Positions 28,147 through 37,624 of a stretch of 64,000 nt of DNA are shown piece after piece; the first letter of the stretch is position 1; the number at the start of each line of letters is the position of its first letter. The translations under genes and the position numbers were made by a program. The DNA is from Bacteriovoracia bacterium (GTDB taxonomy: Bacteria; Bdellovibrionota; UBA1018; CAIPTA01), in contig JBFWVL010000001.1 in assembly GCA_050246755.1 (NCBI GenBank), positions 896,001-960,000 of the forward strand. Direction: 5' to 3'. Under the pieces are notes generated by a model, which was not told the origin of the DNA, made no database searches, and worked only from the letters and a program-made list of their open reading frames with translations.

Positions 28147-29668
28147 AGGAAGATTGTAGCAAGGGCATCACATGTTCGCAAAACGATCCTAATCGCCGGG
28201 TAAGGGTAGCGATCAATTCGAACGTCTGTTCTAGCTCCCCGTCGGCGTTCATCCGCTCGTCGAAGAGAACAAGCAGTAAACCTTTTCCTTTACCTGCCGA
28301 AGTAAATGGAAAAAACTCAAAACCCGCCTGGAATAGCGGCATATGCCTTTCACGGCTTCGGTTCCACCGGCCAAAAGCCTCCGTATCTTTTAAGGCCTCC
28401 AAGTAGGAAAGATTGCCCATGAATATCCGTGCGTCCTGCAGGAATGCAAGCGCACTATCGGGCAAATCGGACCGCGTGGACACGCTTTCCGGCACCAGCG
28501 AGAAGGAAGAGGGCGAGTAGCGGTAGGTAATACAGGTGATTCCCGGCGCGTAGTCCGCGAACAGCGCTCCCAGTTCTCCCCATACATGTTTTCCGGTAGC
28601 CTGCGGTAGAATGGAATCTTCGAACCGATCCAGCAGCTTGAGCTTGCTCTCGAGAAAGCGCGCACGCACGCTGCTGACGATTTTCTCACCCTTTGCTCGC
28701 TCCGCTTCCGCTTCGCGCTGACGGGCGTACCCCAACGCGCGATCGGCAGAGCTTTTCACCGTTTCGATATATTCGCGCGCGTCATTGTCCAGCCCGCCGA
28801 AATCAAAATCAGCCTCACGCCGCTCATTCGCGCCCTCTTCTTTTAGCGAAAAACCGAGCAAGAAAATCCCGGCGGCACCGAATAGAAATGCAATCCAGTA
28901 AAGAAAAGATGTTTGATTGGTGGCGGCGGGGTCTTTGGGCCATTCGCTGCCTGCCAGCAGGCCCAGCGATGGCAAGCTGGACCATGCTCCTAGTGCGGGC
29001 TTGGCTTCCAGGCCAAGATAGCGCGCCGTGAAGCTAGCGGTCTTTCCAGCGCTGATTTCTTGAATTCCGGCGGAAACCGGGCGCAAATTAGCGCCGTTCG
29101 AGCCGATGAAACGATGAAGCGGGTGATAGACGATCGTACCGTCGGATAAAGCTATCCAGTTACGAATACCCTCCGAAGAGCGCAAATCGGAGAAAAATTC
29201 CTCGGGAACGTACGCCGAAGCGTAGGGCAAGCCGTCGGCGCTCCCTTTAATAAATAGAAAATATTTTCCCTTGGAAAGAAACAACGCCACCCGGGTATTT
29301 CCCCCCGCGTGGGCCTCGAGCGCGTCTTCCAGTAAAGCATTATCGATCACGCCGGCGGCACGAATGCGCTTTCCACCCACAATCATCCACTTCGGCGCGC
29401 CGGGCTCCGCCATGGCAGTATCGGTAAAGAAAGAGCGCATTTTGGCTTTTTTCCGCCAGCGCTGCGAGGCCTGGCTGGCTGTGGAGTCTGCTTGGCTAAG
29501 ACTCTCTTCGATTCTTTTGCCGAGAGAGCGATTCTGCGAACTAAGAACTTCTTCTACAGCTTTGGTGGCTAGGCTATCTTCGCCCTCCACCCTTTTTCGC
29601 TCCGCGTAAAAAAGCAATGCAGCTAGCAGAACCAAACTAAATGCGGTAATTCGGAGTGGTTTACGCAA
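28073..29668 (-). CDS. Two-TM membrane protein with Cache-like periplasmic region, coiled coil and GAF-like tail
   Basis: TTG start after GGAAAGGAG; two TM segments; DGTIVYHP Cache-like motif; no kinase or cyclase motif. Confidence 0.65.
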   Translation of the reverse strand: MRKPLRITAFSLVLLAALLFYAERKRVEGEDSLATKAVEEVLSSQNRSLGKRIEESLSQADSTASQASQRWRKKAKMRSFFTDTAMAEPGAPKWMIVGGKRIRAAGVIDNALLEDALEAHAGGNTRVALFLSKGKYFLFIKGSADGLPYASAYVPEEFFSDLRSSEGIRNWIALSDGTIVYHPLHRFIGSNGANLRPVSAGIQEISAGKTASFTARYLGLEAKPALGAWSSLPSLGLLAGSEWPKDPAATNQTSFLYWIAFLFGAAGIFLLGFSLKEEGANERREADFDFGGLDNDAREYIETVKSSADRALGYARQREAEAERAKGEKIVSSVRARFLESKLKLLDRFEDSILPQATGKHVWGELGALFADYAPGITCITYRYSPSSFSLVPESVSTRSDLPDSALAFLQDARIFMGNLSYLEALKDTEAFGRWNRSRERHMPLFQAGFEFFPFTSAGKGKGLLLVLFDERMNADGELEQTFELIATLTRRLGSFCEHVMPLLQSSYGKGSSGPNLASASNDARDRSRPS

Positions 29669-29750
29669 AATAATCTCCTTTCCATAGGCTCATTTCGAAA
29701 CGAGCGCTCCCCCTATTCCACTCCAGACGCCTCTATTATACAAGTCCCCC

Positions 29751-31370
29751 ATGCAGTCTATGAAATCAGTTGATGCCCTGGTGCTTGGATCTGGCCTAGC
29801 GGGCCTGAACTTCGCACTCGAATTCGCCGAACGAAATCCGGAAGCGAAGATCCTACTGATCACTAAAAGCGTGCTGCTGCACGAAGGCGCCACCAATTGG
29901 GCTCAGGGTGGAATTGCAGCCGTGATGGACGGCGAAAGTTTTGAAAGCCATATCGAAGATACTCTCCGCACCGGCGGCGGCCTCTCTCAGGCGAAAGCCG
30001 TGCGCACCGTGGTCACCGAAGGCCCGGATCGGGTGCGCGACCTAATCCGTCGCGGGGTTCAGTTCACGCGCCGGGAAGACAATATCGATCAGTATGACTT
30101 CACCCGTGAGGGCGGGCATTCCGAGCGCAGAGTTCTTCATGTGGCCGACCACACCGGCCGCGCCATCATGGAGACGCTTACCGCCGCCGCGAGGGCCAAT
30201 CCACGCATCGAGATCGCCACCGAAACGATCGCGGTTGATCTCATCTCGGATCATAAGCTGAAACGAATTCGGAATCCTGCCGGAGCCACCTGCCTCGGCG
30301 CCTACTTGCTGCACATACCAACAAATACTGTATATGGAGTGGCGGCGAACGTTACTATGATCGCCACCGGCGGGGCCGGCAAAGTATACAAGTACACCTC
30401 CAATCCCGACACCTGCGTGGGCGACGGCATCGCCATGGCCCACCGCCTCGGCGCACACGTGGCCAATATGGAATTCATCCAGTTCCATCCCACCTGCCTT
30501 TACCATCCCGACGCAAAATCGGCGCTGCTCAGCGAAGCCCTGCGCGGCGAAGGCGCCTATCTCGTGAATAAAGCCGGCGAAAGATTTATGGCGAAGTATC
30601 ACCCTAGCCTCGAGCTCGCTCCCCGCGACATCGTGGCCCTCTCGATCGACAAAGAGATGAAACAGCGGGGCGATCATTGCGTTTACCTCGACATCTCCCA
30701 TAAGGGCGCGGATTTCGTGCGCTCTCACTTTCCCCACAACTATTCCACGTGCCTCCAGTTTGGCTTTGATCTCACGAAGGGCCCCGTGCCCGTGGTGCCC
30801 GCGGCTCACTATACCTGCGGCGGTATCATGAGCGACCTCGACGGCCGCGCGAATCTGGCGGGCCTCTACGTGGCGGGAGAGTGCGCGCACACGGGCCTCC
30901 ACGGGGCCAATCGCCTAGCCTCTAATTCCCTGCTCGAAGCGGCAGTATTTTCTTACCGCGCGGCCTTGCATGCGGGCGCCTATTGCAAATCTCTATCAGT
31001 GAAAAAAGCACTCAAACCCGAGGTTCCGGAGTGGAATCCTGGCTTCGCGAAGGCGGAAGAGGAAGAAGTGATTATCTCCCATAACTGGGATGAGATCCGC
31101 ACGCTAATGTGGAACTACGTGGGGATCGTGCGCTCGAATCGTCGTCTGGAATATGCGGCCCGCAGAATTGCCCTGCTTAAGCAGGAAATAAACCAGTGCT
31201 ATTGGGAGAGAAAGCTAAATAAAAATCTAGTGGAGCTGCGCAACCTAGTTACGGTAGCGGATTTAATCGTAAGCTGCGCCCAAATGCGAAAAGAGAGCCG
31301 CGGCCTCCATCAGAATATTGATCATCCGGATACCGACGACTCTCTCTTTGGCCGCGATACGATTCTTTAA
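29751..31370 (+). CDS. nadB: L-aspartate oxidase
   Basis: GSGLAG, WAQGGIAA, REGGHS, QFHPT, SEALRGEG, HYTCGG, HGANRLASNSLLE. Confidence 0.96.
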   Translation: MQSMKSVDALVLGSGLAGLNFALEFAERNPEAKILLITKSVLLHEGATNWAQGGIAAVMDGESFESHIEDTLRTGGGLSQAKAVRTVVTEGPDRVRDLIRRGVQFTRREDNIDQYDFTREGGHSERRVLHVADHTGRAIMETLTAAARANPRIEIATETIAVDLISDHKLKRIRNPAGATCLGAYLLHIPTNTVYGVAANVTMIATGGAGKVYKYTSNPDTCVGDGIAMAHRLGAHVANMEFIQFHPTCLYHPDAKSALLSEALRGEGAYLVNKAGERFMAKYHPSLELAPRDIVALSIDKEMKQRGDHCVYLDISHKGADFVRSHFPHNYSTCLQFGFDLTKGPVPVVPAAHYTCGGIMSDLDGRANLAGLYVAGECAHTGLHGANRLASNSLLEAAVFSYRAALHAGAYCKSLSVKKALKPEVPEWNPGFAKAEEEEVIISHNWDEIRTLMWNYVGIVRSNRRLEYAARRIALLKQEINQCYWERKLNKNLVELRNLVTVADLIVSCAQMRKESRGLHQNIDHPDTDDSLFGRDTIL

Positions 31371-33034
31371 AAGATCTGTCTCTCCCGCAAATCCCCAAGA
31401 GGAGATAGCTCATTGATAGCTTTTTTTCGCGGAACGGCGACACAATACTGGTCCATTTCCGGAATCATCTTTCCCTGGAATAAACGGTTGTACCAAGAAA
31501 AATAGGCACAACCTCTCGCGTAATTCTGCCGCTTGAAATTAAGAACGCCGAGATAATATGCGGCCGTGAAATGGTGCGGGTACTGCCAAAGAAGCTCATT
31601 TAGTGTAACTTCCGCTTCCTGGAAAGCTCCTGCTTCCATCTCTAGCTTTGCTTTTTCGAGGCAAATTCTCCAGTTGGTTGGAAGCAAAGCACAGGCCCGC
31701 GAAATCTTTCGTCGATCCCCCTGGTTATTTGCTTCTAAATATTTAGATAAAGAAACTTGGTAAGTCATTCCGACAAAGAACACTCCCAACGCCAGCATCC
31801 CAATTCGAGCCAGGTACGCATTGGCTAGGAAATTACTTGGTTGCGTAGTCACCATATAGCCCAAAAAAATGGCCGCGAAGAGAAACGGCACCGCGTTTTC
31901 GAAAGGAAATTGAAAAAACATCTGCACCAGCATGTAGCCACAAAAGGCGAATGCCAGCTTCTTTTCCATCGATCTTTTGCCGTTAAAAAAAGGGAATAGC
32001 AGCACTAAAATCGATAATGCCCCGAGCACGCTAGCGATGATCCCATCCTCCGCCAGGAACCTAAGGAATTCATTATGAGGAGAGCGTTCCACAACTTTAT
32101 CGTCGCGAAACAAAGCCATATTCCGGTAGGACACAAAACCAAACTCGTACTTTCCCACCCCTAAACCGTTAGGATGGTCGCTAATTAATGCGACGGTGCT
32201 TTTCCAGGTTTCGGCCCGCCAACTCGCGTTCGCGCTTTTTTCCGTTACGAATCGCTCAGGGCCAATTTTTACCAACCCCAACACCGCAACTATCGACAGT
32301 AGTGGCAAGAGCCAACGTAGCCTCCTCGACCTAGGCCTCCAGACAAGCAAAAGCGCAAACAGCAGCGCGAGTAAAACCGACCGGCATCCAGAAACTAAAA
32401 TGTAAGTTGCTAAAACAAAACTGACGACCCCGAAAAAAATCTTCCTGCCAGTAGAGGGAGTGCGCGCAAATAAATAGCTCGAAAACAGCAGACAAATGCC
32501 CAAAAATTCGGCCGCCATATTCGCGTGGCCAAACGTGGAAGAGACCGCAAAGTAAGGAACGCCATTAGAAAAATCCGAGCCTATCGCTTGAAATAGTCCG
32601 AGGCTAGCCACCAAAAACCCCGAACTAACTGCCGCGAGCGCCAAAGCTTCCCAGCGAAGCGCTCCAAACTTAAAAAGCTGATAAGAATAAATCGCGATCA
32701 AGACAAACCCAACGCGATCGAGGAAAGGCGTTTTATACGATAGCGGCCAAAGTCGATAGAGCGCGACGGCCAGGAGCGCCAACCAAAATGCGATGCTGCC
32801 CCACTGAATTGCGGAGAACATTGGTAAGGCCATTTTTCGAAAACTTAAAAGCGTCAAAATGGACGCACAACCAAGCCAGTAGACCGCTAACCATTTAGGC
32901 TGGGCGAAGTTATCGAAAAAAATTTGGGTATTGAACAGTGGGATCAAAAAAATAGCGGCAAGCAAAGGAAACCGCCGATAGTTACCTAATCTCAGCGGGT
33001 TTCCGAGAAAACTAATGTGCTTCCCGCGTGCCAT
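31367..33034 (-). CDS. O-antigen ligase / O-oligosaccharyltransferase-like protein (Wzy_C) with C-terminal TPR
   Basis: Many TMs; STFGHANMAAEF, SGCRS, R...W, GLGVG.Y, PHNEFLRFLAE.G. Start uncertain (33034 or 33106). Confidence 0.82.
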   Translation of the reverse strand: MARGKHISFLGNPLRLGNYRRFPLLAAIFLIPLFNTQIFFDNFAQPKWLAVYWLGCASILTLLSFRKMALPMFSAIQWGSIAFWLALLAVALYRLWPLSYKTPFLDRVGFVLIAIYSYQLFKFGALRWEALALAAVSSGFLVASLGLFQAIGSDFSNGVPYFAVSSTFGHANMAAEFLGICLLFSSYLFARTPSTGRKIFFGVVSFVLATYILVSGCRSVLLALLFALLLVWRPRSRRLRWLLPLLSIVAVLGLVKIGPERFVTEKSANASWRAETWKSTVALISDHPNGLGVGKYEFGFVSYRNMALFRDDKVVERSPHNEFLRFLAEDGIIASVLGALSILVLLFPFFNGKRSMEKKLAFAFCGYMLVQMFFQFPFENAVPFLFAAIFLGYMVTTQPSNFLANAYLARIGMLALGVFFVGMTYQVSLSKYLEANNQGDRRKISRACALLPTNWRICLEKAKLEMEAGAFQEAEVTLNELLWQYPHHFTAAYYLGVLNFKRQNYARGCAYFSWYNRLFQGKMIPEMDQYCVAVPRKKAINELSPLGDLRERQIF

Positions 33035-33359
33035 TTCCTTCGATAGACTGCCCGGCACCTTTGGGTTGGTCCTTGGAGCGTACATGCCCTTCAATAACAC
33101 GGCCATCGCGTTCGCTGGAACTCCTAAACCAGTTCACCACGCGCTGAAAAATACCTGGGTAGCTCGGGTAAGAAGGAAATTGTGGCGGATAGCTGGGATA
33201 GGAAGGGCTATGCGGCGGATAGCTCGGGTAAGAAGGAAATTGTGGCGGATAGCTGGGATAGGAAGGGTTACGCGGATTTGCCAGTCGAACCGTTGGCTTA
33301 GCATCAGCTAAGTGACCTAAAAACATGCCCACAACAATAAAAATCATCAAAATTCTCAT
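33012..33359 (-). CDS. Small secreted Pro/Ser/Tyr-repeat protein
   Basis: Signal peptide MRILMIFIVVGMFLGHLADA, then PSYPSYPPQF / PSYPSYPPHS / PSYPSYPPQF / PSYPSYPG. Confidence 0.7.
   Translation of the reverse strand: MRILMIFIVVGMFLGHLADAKPTVRLANPRNPSYPSYPPQFPSYPSYPPHSPSYPSYPPQFPSYPSYPGIFQRVVNWFRSSSERDGRVIEGHVRSKDQPKGAGQSIEGNGTREAH
33156..33267 (-). repeat. Coding tandem repeat with a 30-bp unit and 60-bp exact period
   Basis: 33160-33207 is identical to 33220-33267 (48 bp). Confidence 0.95.
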
Positions 33360-33416
33360 AGGTAAGAGCTTCACATGAATTGCGGGTGCTAGTAAAATTT
33401 TATTTAGATAAACCAC

Positions 33417-33446
33417 CCGAAATAGCCTTGCAAAAGACTATTTCGG
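33417..33446 (-). terminator. Hairpin after the redoxin gene
   Basis: CCGAAATAG...CTATTTCGG inverted repeat; U tail is weak. Confidence 0.6.
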
Positions 33447-33458
33447 ATAAATCGCTGA

Positions 33459-34052
33459 CTAGTACTTAACCGAGCATCCGTAAGATTTCGTCTCAGCTAC
33501 TTCCACGGGCTTCTTCGCGGCCACGGCCGCAATCGCTTCCCGCACGTAGTTACGCGCACCCTTTACGTCGGCTTGGTCGGTAGAGGCCTTATCGTCGATC
33601 GCACCTTGGTAAACAATTTTACCAGCGGGATCGATCACGAACATATGCGGAGTAGTTTTCGCGGCGTAGGCCTTGCCCACTTTACCCTCGATGTCGAGAA
33701 GTACGTCGCTGGCGTTGGACTTATGCTCCTTGCGGTCCGCCTCGGCGCTTTCCGGAGTGGAAGCGCCCTGCTTCCCCTTCGCCGAGGAAATCACCGAGAG
33801 CCAAACCACGCCCTGTTTCGTGGCCTCGCCCTGAAGAGCCTGCATGTTTCCGCTGCCGTAATGCTTTTGCACGAAAGGGCAGCCGTAATTAAGCCACTCC
33901 AACACCACGGTCTTTCCTTTGTAATCGGAAAGCTTCACCGTTTTGCCCTTGCTATCCATCACGGAAAAATCAGGCGCGGCGCCGCCAGTGGTGGCCGCAG
34001 AAGCAATGTTTGCGATAAAAAAACCAGCCAGTACCCATTTCGAAATTTGCAT
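33459..34052 (-). CDS. Periplasmic redoxin (AhpC/TSA thioredoxin-like)
   Basis: Signal peptide; APDF, VVLEWLNYGCPFV, TTPHMFVI, YQGAIDD, YGCSVKY. Confidence 0.9.
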   Translation of the reverse strand: MQISKWVLAGFFIANIASAATTGGAAPDFSVMDSKGKTVKLSDYKGKTVVLEWLNYGCPFVQKHYGSGNMQALQGEATKQGVVWLSVISSAKGKQGASTPESAEADRKEHKSNASDVLLDIEGKVGKAYAAKTTPHMFVIDPAGKIVYQGAIDDKASTDQADVKGARNYVREAIAAVAAKKPVEVAETKSYGCSVKY

Positions 34053-34070
34053 TATCAATTACTCCTTCAG

Positions 34071-36089
34071 TTAAAAAGCCTTACGAACAATATCATCGGT
34101 CAGAATTTGCGGCAAAATCTTAGGCTGTTTGCTTCCTTTAGGAAAAGCTAAATAAAGAGGAACGCCGATGCGGCCGTGTCGCGCGAGCGCGGCGGTGATT
34201 TCCTGATCCTGATTCGTCCAGTCGGCCAGCAGCAGCGTTACGCCGCGTTCGCGGAAAAAATCCTGCAGTGCAGCCCTATCGAGCACAAGAGACTTATTCA
34301 CCTGGCAGGTTAAGCACCAGGCCGCCGTGAAATCCACGAATACCGGCCTCCCGTCTCGAAGAAGGGCTTCAAGGTTTGCATTGCTGTATTTTTTCCAAGA
34401 AGAATTTTCTGCAAGCGAACCCCCCGCCGCCATTCCTTGCTTCAGGGGCAAGAAACCAACTCCTAACGCCGTTATCGCCAACAAGAACGCGATAAGCTTC
34501 GCGGGCCGCGAGTGAAAGCTCAGCTGCACCCAAGCGGCAAAGCTCATCAGCAACAATCCGAGAGAAGTAAAGATCACTGCGTTCAATCCGAGTTGCTGCC
34601 CCAATACCCATAGCAGCCACACCATGGTGGCTAGCATCGGGAACGCAAAAAACTCTTTCATGCGTACCATCCATATCCCCGGCCGGGGCATGGAACGAAG
34701 CAGTGCCGGCCAGTACGCCAGTAGCACAAAGGGGGCCGCCAGCCCTACCGCGAGGCCGGTAAATACGCTGAATATGGCCCACGCTGGCTGCGAAAGCACG
34801 AGGCCGATTGCCGATCCCATAAAGGGAGCTGAGCACGGAGTAGCCACCACCACCGCGAGCACTCCGGTAAAAAAAGAACCGCTCCATCCTTCTTTTTCGG
34901 CGAGGCGGGAACCAAATCCCATCCAGTGCCCGCCCACCTCGAAAAATCCGCCAAGATTTCCCGCGAGCCCAAGAAAAAGAAACGAAAGCGCGATCACAAA
35001 CGCGGGCTGCTGCAACTGAAATCCCCAGCCAACGGCTTCCCCGGCCGAGCGCAGCGCCAGCAACACCGCCGTAAGAATCCAAAATGAAACTACTACGCCG
35101 AGCGCATATATTTTTCCGTGCAACCGAGCGCGCCAGGGATTCGTCGCCCCCTGTTCCAGCAGTGCCATTACCTTGATACCTAGCACCGGAAAGACACAAG
35201 GCATGAGGTTAAGCAGCACTCCGCCGAGAAATGCAAAAGCGATCGCCAGCCAAAGTGCGGGCGCCTCTTCTGTTGTGGGAGCAGGGCCGTTTACTCCCGG
35301 GAATTTTTCGTCGATTGCAATGGCGATTCGTTTTCCTCGCGGCCCCATCAGTAGCTCACCACGGAGGCCGGCGGCCTTCGCACTAAAGGGCTCGGCCTTA
35401 TCGAGCCAATAGATACCATTTTCTTTCACCGGCGGCGCTTTGCCATCTACCACTCCGCTTTCCAGCGGGAAAAAATCTAAGCTAGAGCCCAGCCATTTTG
35501 TGTCCGCACCGAAATCGAGGCCGACCCTATTTTCCTCTTGAATCACCGCAATTTTTTTGCCGGAAGGAATGCTCTTTGGCTGCTGCGCCCTCAGCTGATC
35601 GAAGGCGTTTGCTAGAGAAGTTTTTGCGGGATTTCCATCCGCCACTTTCAGCGAAAAATGCAACTCTGCTTTTTCGGGAACACACTCTTCTTTACAAACC
35701 AGCCAAGAGGCCTTCGCAGTTAAATTATACCCTCCCGGAGCCGTGCCCGGCGGAACCTGTATCTGAAAACCCAGAATCGTTTCACCGGAATAGCCAAAGT
35801 TCACGAGCGGCGGAAGTTCGATGCGTTGGGGAATTTCCCACGCAGGCGCCGAAATACTCCAGCCAGCCGGAAGCTGCCATTGTACTTTGGTAGGCAAACC
35901 TGAATCACCCGGAAATTTCCAGTAAGTATGCCAGTGGGGAATCATCTCGAGGCGAACCCCGATCCAGCCGCTGCTGCCCGGAGCAACTTGGCTTTCTTCC
36001 GTCACAATTTCGGCGGTCACGTGAGGCGTGCGAACGGTGTCGGCGGAGGCGTTAAACGCAACTAACAGGGTCAGTAGGGAAATCCACAT
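34071..36089 (-). CDS. dsbD: Thiol:disulfide interchange protein DsbD
   Basis: WHTYWKFPGDSG, CKEEC, LNLMPCVFPV, ATPCSAP, FTAAWCLTC. Confidence 0.93.
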   Translation of the reverse strand: MWISLLTLLVAFNASADTVRTPHVTAEIVTEESQVAPGSSGWIGVRLEMIPHWHTYWKFPGDSGLPTKVQWQLPAGWSISAPAWEIPQRIELPPLVNFGYSGETILGFQIQVPPGTAPGGYNLTAKASWLVCKEECVPEKAELHFSLKVADGNPAKTSLANAFDQLRAQQPKSIPSGKKIAVIQEENRVGLDFGADTKWLGSSLDFFPLESGVVDGKAPPVKENGIYWLDKAEPFSAKAAGLRGELLMGPRGKRIAIAIDEKFPGVNGPAPTTEEAPALWLAIAFAFLGGVLLNLMPCVFPVLGIKVMALLEQGATNPWRARLHGKIYALGVVVSFWILTAVLLALRSAGEAVGWGFQLQQPAFVIALSFLFLGLAGNLGGFFEVGGHWMGFGSRLAEKEGWSGSFFTGVLAVVVATPCSAPFMGSAIGLVLSQPAWAIFSVFTGLAVGLAAPFVLLAYWPALLRSMPRPGIWMVRMKEFFAFPMLATMVWLLWVLGQQLGLNAVIFTSLGLLLMSFAAWVQLSFHSRPAKLIAFLLAITALGVGFLPLKQGMAAGGSLAENSSWKKYSNANLEALLRDGRPVFVDFTAAWCLTCQVNKSLVLDRAALQDFFRERGVTLLLADWTNQDQEITAALARHGRIGVPLYLAFPKGSKQPKILPQILTDDIVRKAF

Positions 36090-36285
36090 AGGAAGAGTAT
36101 ACCTTCAGCTTTCTCGAACAGGCCTGTAATTCGGTTAGAGGTTCACTGCCAAGGTGACACCACTTTTTCATTTTGACTCTTATCCATAGAGAAACTTATA
36201 GAAAATATGACCTTGCGCGTTACCACTAAATTCATTCATTTCAGCTATTTGTATTTGCCTGAAAAAGCGCTGATTTTTTGCCGCC

Positions 36286-36302
36286 CTGGTGCATCTTTTG
36301 CA
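36286..36302 (+). promoter_or_regulatory. Candidate sigma54 promoter
   Basis: CTGGTGCATCTTTTGCA with GG 36288-89, N10, GC 36300-01; IHF-like TTTCAGCTATTTG just upstream. Confidence 0.55.
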
Positions 36303-36327
36303 CATTGGCCCCTAAGGGGATTCTCAC

Positions 36328-37086
36328 GTGATCTTTGGCTGGAAAAAAACAATCTCAGGAAAGGCCGGCCGCAAGGCCGATCCCGCTTTGGTTTTCGCCG
36401 ATGCCAGCCCTGAAACCGGCCTAATTCGCTTCGAAAACGTAAGTCTGCCCCCCGCCATTCAGGATCTTAGCCTCGAAATTCCTCTAGGCTCCTGGGTGAT
36501 CCTTTACGGCGACGACGACTTCGCCAAAGCCCTCTTTTGCGACCTATGCTTCACGTATATCCAGCCCGAACAGGGCAAGGTGCATCCCTGCCTCAAAGGC
36601 AGCGACGTAAGCTTCCTGGGCCGCTCCAACAACACCTACGGGCAAACCCTTACCGACCACCTAGGCTGTGGTGTGAAAGAAAACTCGCGGGAGCTGATGG
36701 CCTATACCGTGGAACACGTGCTCAGCAAAAGATTTCGGCGCCACCTCGATCCTAAATCCCCCCTTGAATTCGCCGGGGGCAAACGGGCTCCCGACGTGGA
36801 GCTCGACGAACGTGATTTTCTAGAGATTGCCGAGGCCAACGTTTTACTGCAACGGAGGAAAGCGGCGGTGATCGACACTACCTCTGATTTTTACCAAGTT
36901 GCCCTAGAGCAAGGATTTCGCCATTCCGAACTTTTCTTGAAGTCGGGAAAAACGATCATTTGGATCATCGACGAAGAGCATCCCCTTCCCCTCGACGCAT
37001 ACTATTGGAATGATACCCGCTATAAAGCGATTCAAAAAAATAGCCTTAGCTTCCCGCTCGGATCTCGCGCAGGTCACATAAACTAA
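36328..37086 (+). CDS. Degenerate ABC-ATPase-like protein
   Basis: IRFENVS...DLSLEIPLGSWVILYGDDDFAKA...QPEQGKV follows the ABC N-terminal pattern, but Walker A, signature and Walker B are substituted. Confidence 0.6.
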   Translation: MIFGWKKTISGKAGRKADPALVFADASPETGLIRFENVSLPPAIQDLSLEIPLGSWVILYGDDDFAKALFCDLCFTYIQPEQGKVHPCLKGSDVSFLGRSNNTYGQTLTDHLGCGVKENSRELMAYTVEHVLSKRFRRHLDPKSPLEFAGGKRAPDVELDERDFLEIAEANVLLQRRKAAVIDTTSDFYQVALEQGFRHSELFLKSGKTIIWIIDEEHPLPLDAYYWNDTRYKAIQKNSLSFPLGSRAGHIN

Positions 37087-37624
37087 AAAACTTCAGCCCG
37101 CGCGCGGTAATCACTTCCTTGGCGCCTTCCAAACGATCCACCACGGTGAGCACCGCGGAAACCTTGAACCCAGCCTCTTCGAGCTTCTCCACCGCTTTGA
37201 GCGCCGAGCCGCCGGTAGTGGCCACGTCTTCCAGCACCACCAGCTCCGCACCCTTCGGAAAAGTTTTGGCGCCTTCGATCCAGGCCAAGGTGCCATGCGC
37301 TTTGGTTTCTTTCCTCACGATAAATGCCGGCACGGCCATGCCGTTGGCAAAATAAGCGAGGCTCACGGAGGTAGCGAGCGGATCGGCGCCTAAGGTGAGG
37401 CCACCCACGGCGTAAGGATTGATTTTATTGCTCGCTAATTTTTCTACAGCCAGCGTGCCGATGAGGAAAGCCCCTTCGGGATGCAGCGCGGTCTCTTTCA
37501 CGTCGAGATAGAAACTGCTCTTCTTACCGGAGGCTAGGGTGAAGTCGCCCTCGCGGTAGCTCCTTTCGCGGAGGACCGCGATGAGCTTCTTTTTGAAAGT
37601 GGCAAAAGCTGCTTGAGTATCCAT
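37046..37624 (-). CDS. pyrE: Orotate phosphoribosyltransferase
   Basis: GDFTLASG..S.FY.D, GLTLGADP, RKETKAHG, LEDVATTGGS. Confidence 0.95.
   Translation of the reverse strand: MDTQAAFATFKKKLIAVLRERSYREGDFTLASGKKSSFYLDVKETALHPEGAFLIGTLAVEKLASNKINPYAVGGLTLGADPLATSVSLAYFANGMAVPAFIVRKETKAHGTLAWIEGAKTFPKGAELVVLEDVATTGGSALKAVEKLEEAGFKVSAVLTVVDRLEGAKEVITARGLKFFSLCDLREIRAGS

Noticed and set aside
33156-33267. Direct repeats as a possible mini-CRISPR
   Set aside because: No unique spacers, the period is a multiple of 3 inside an ORF, and there are no cas genes.
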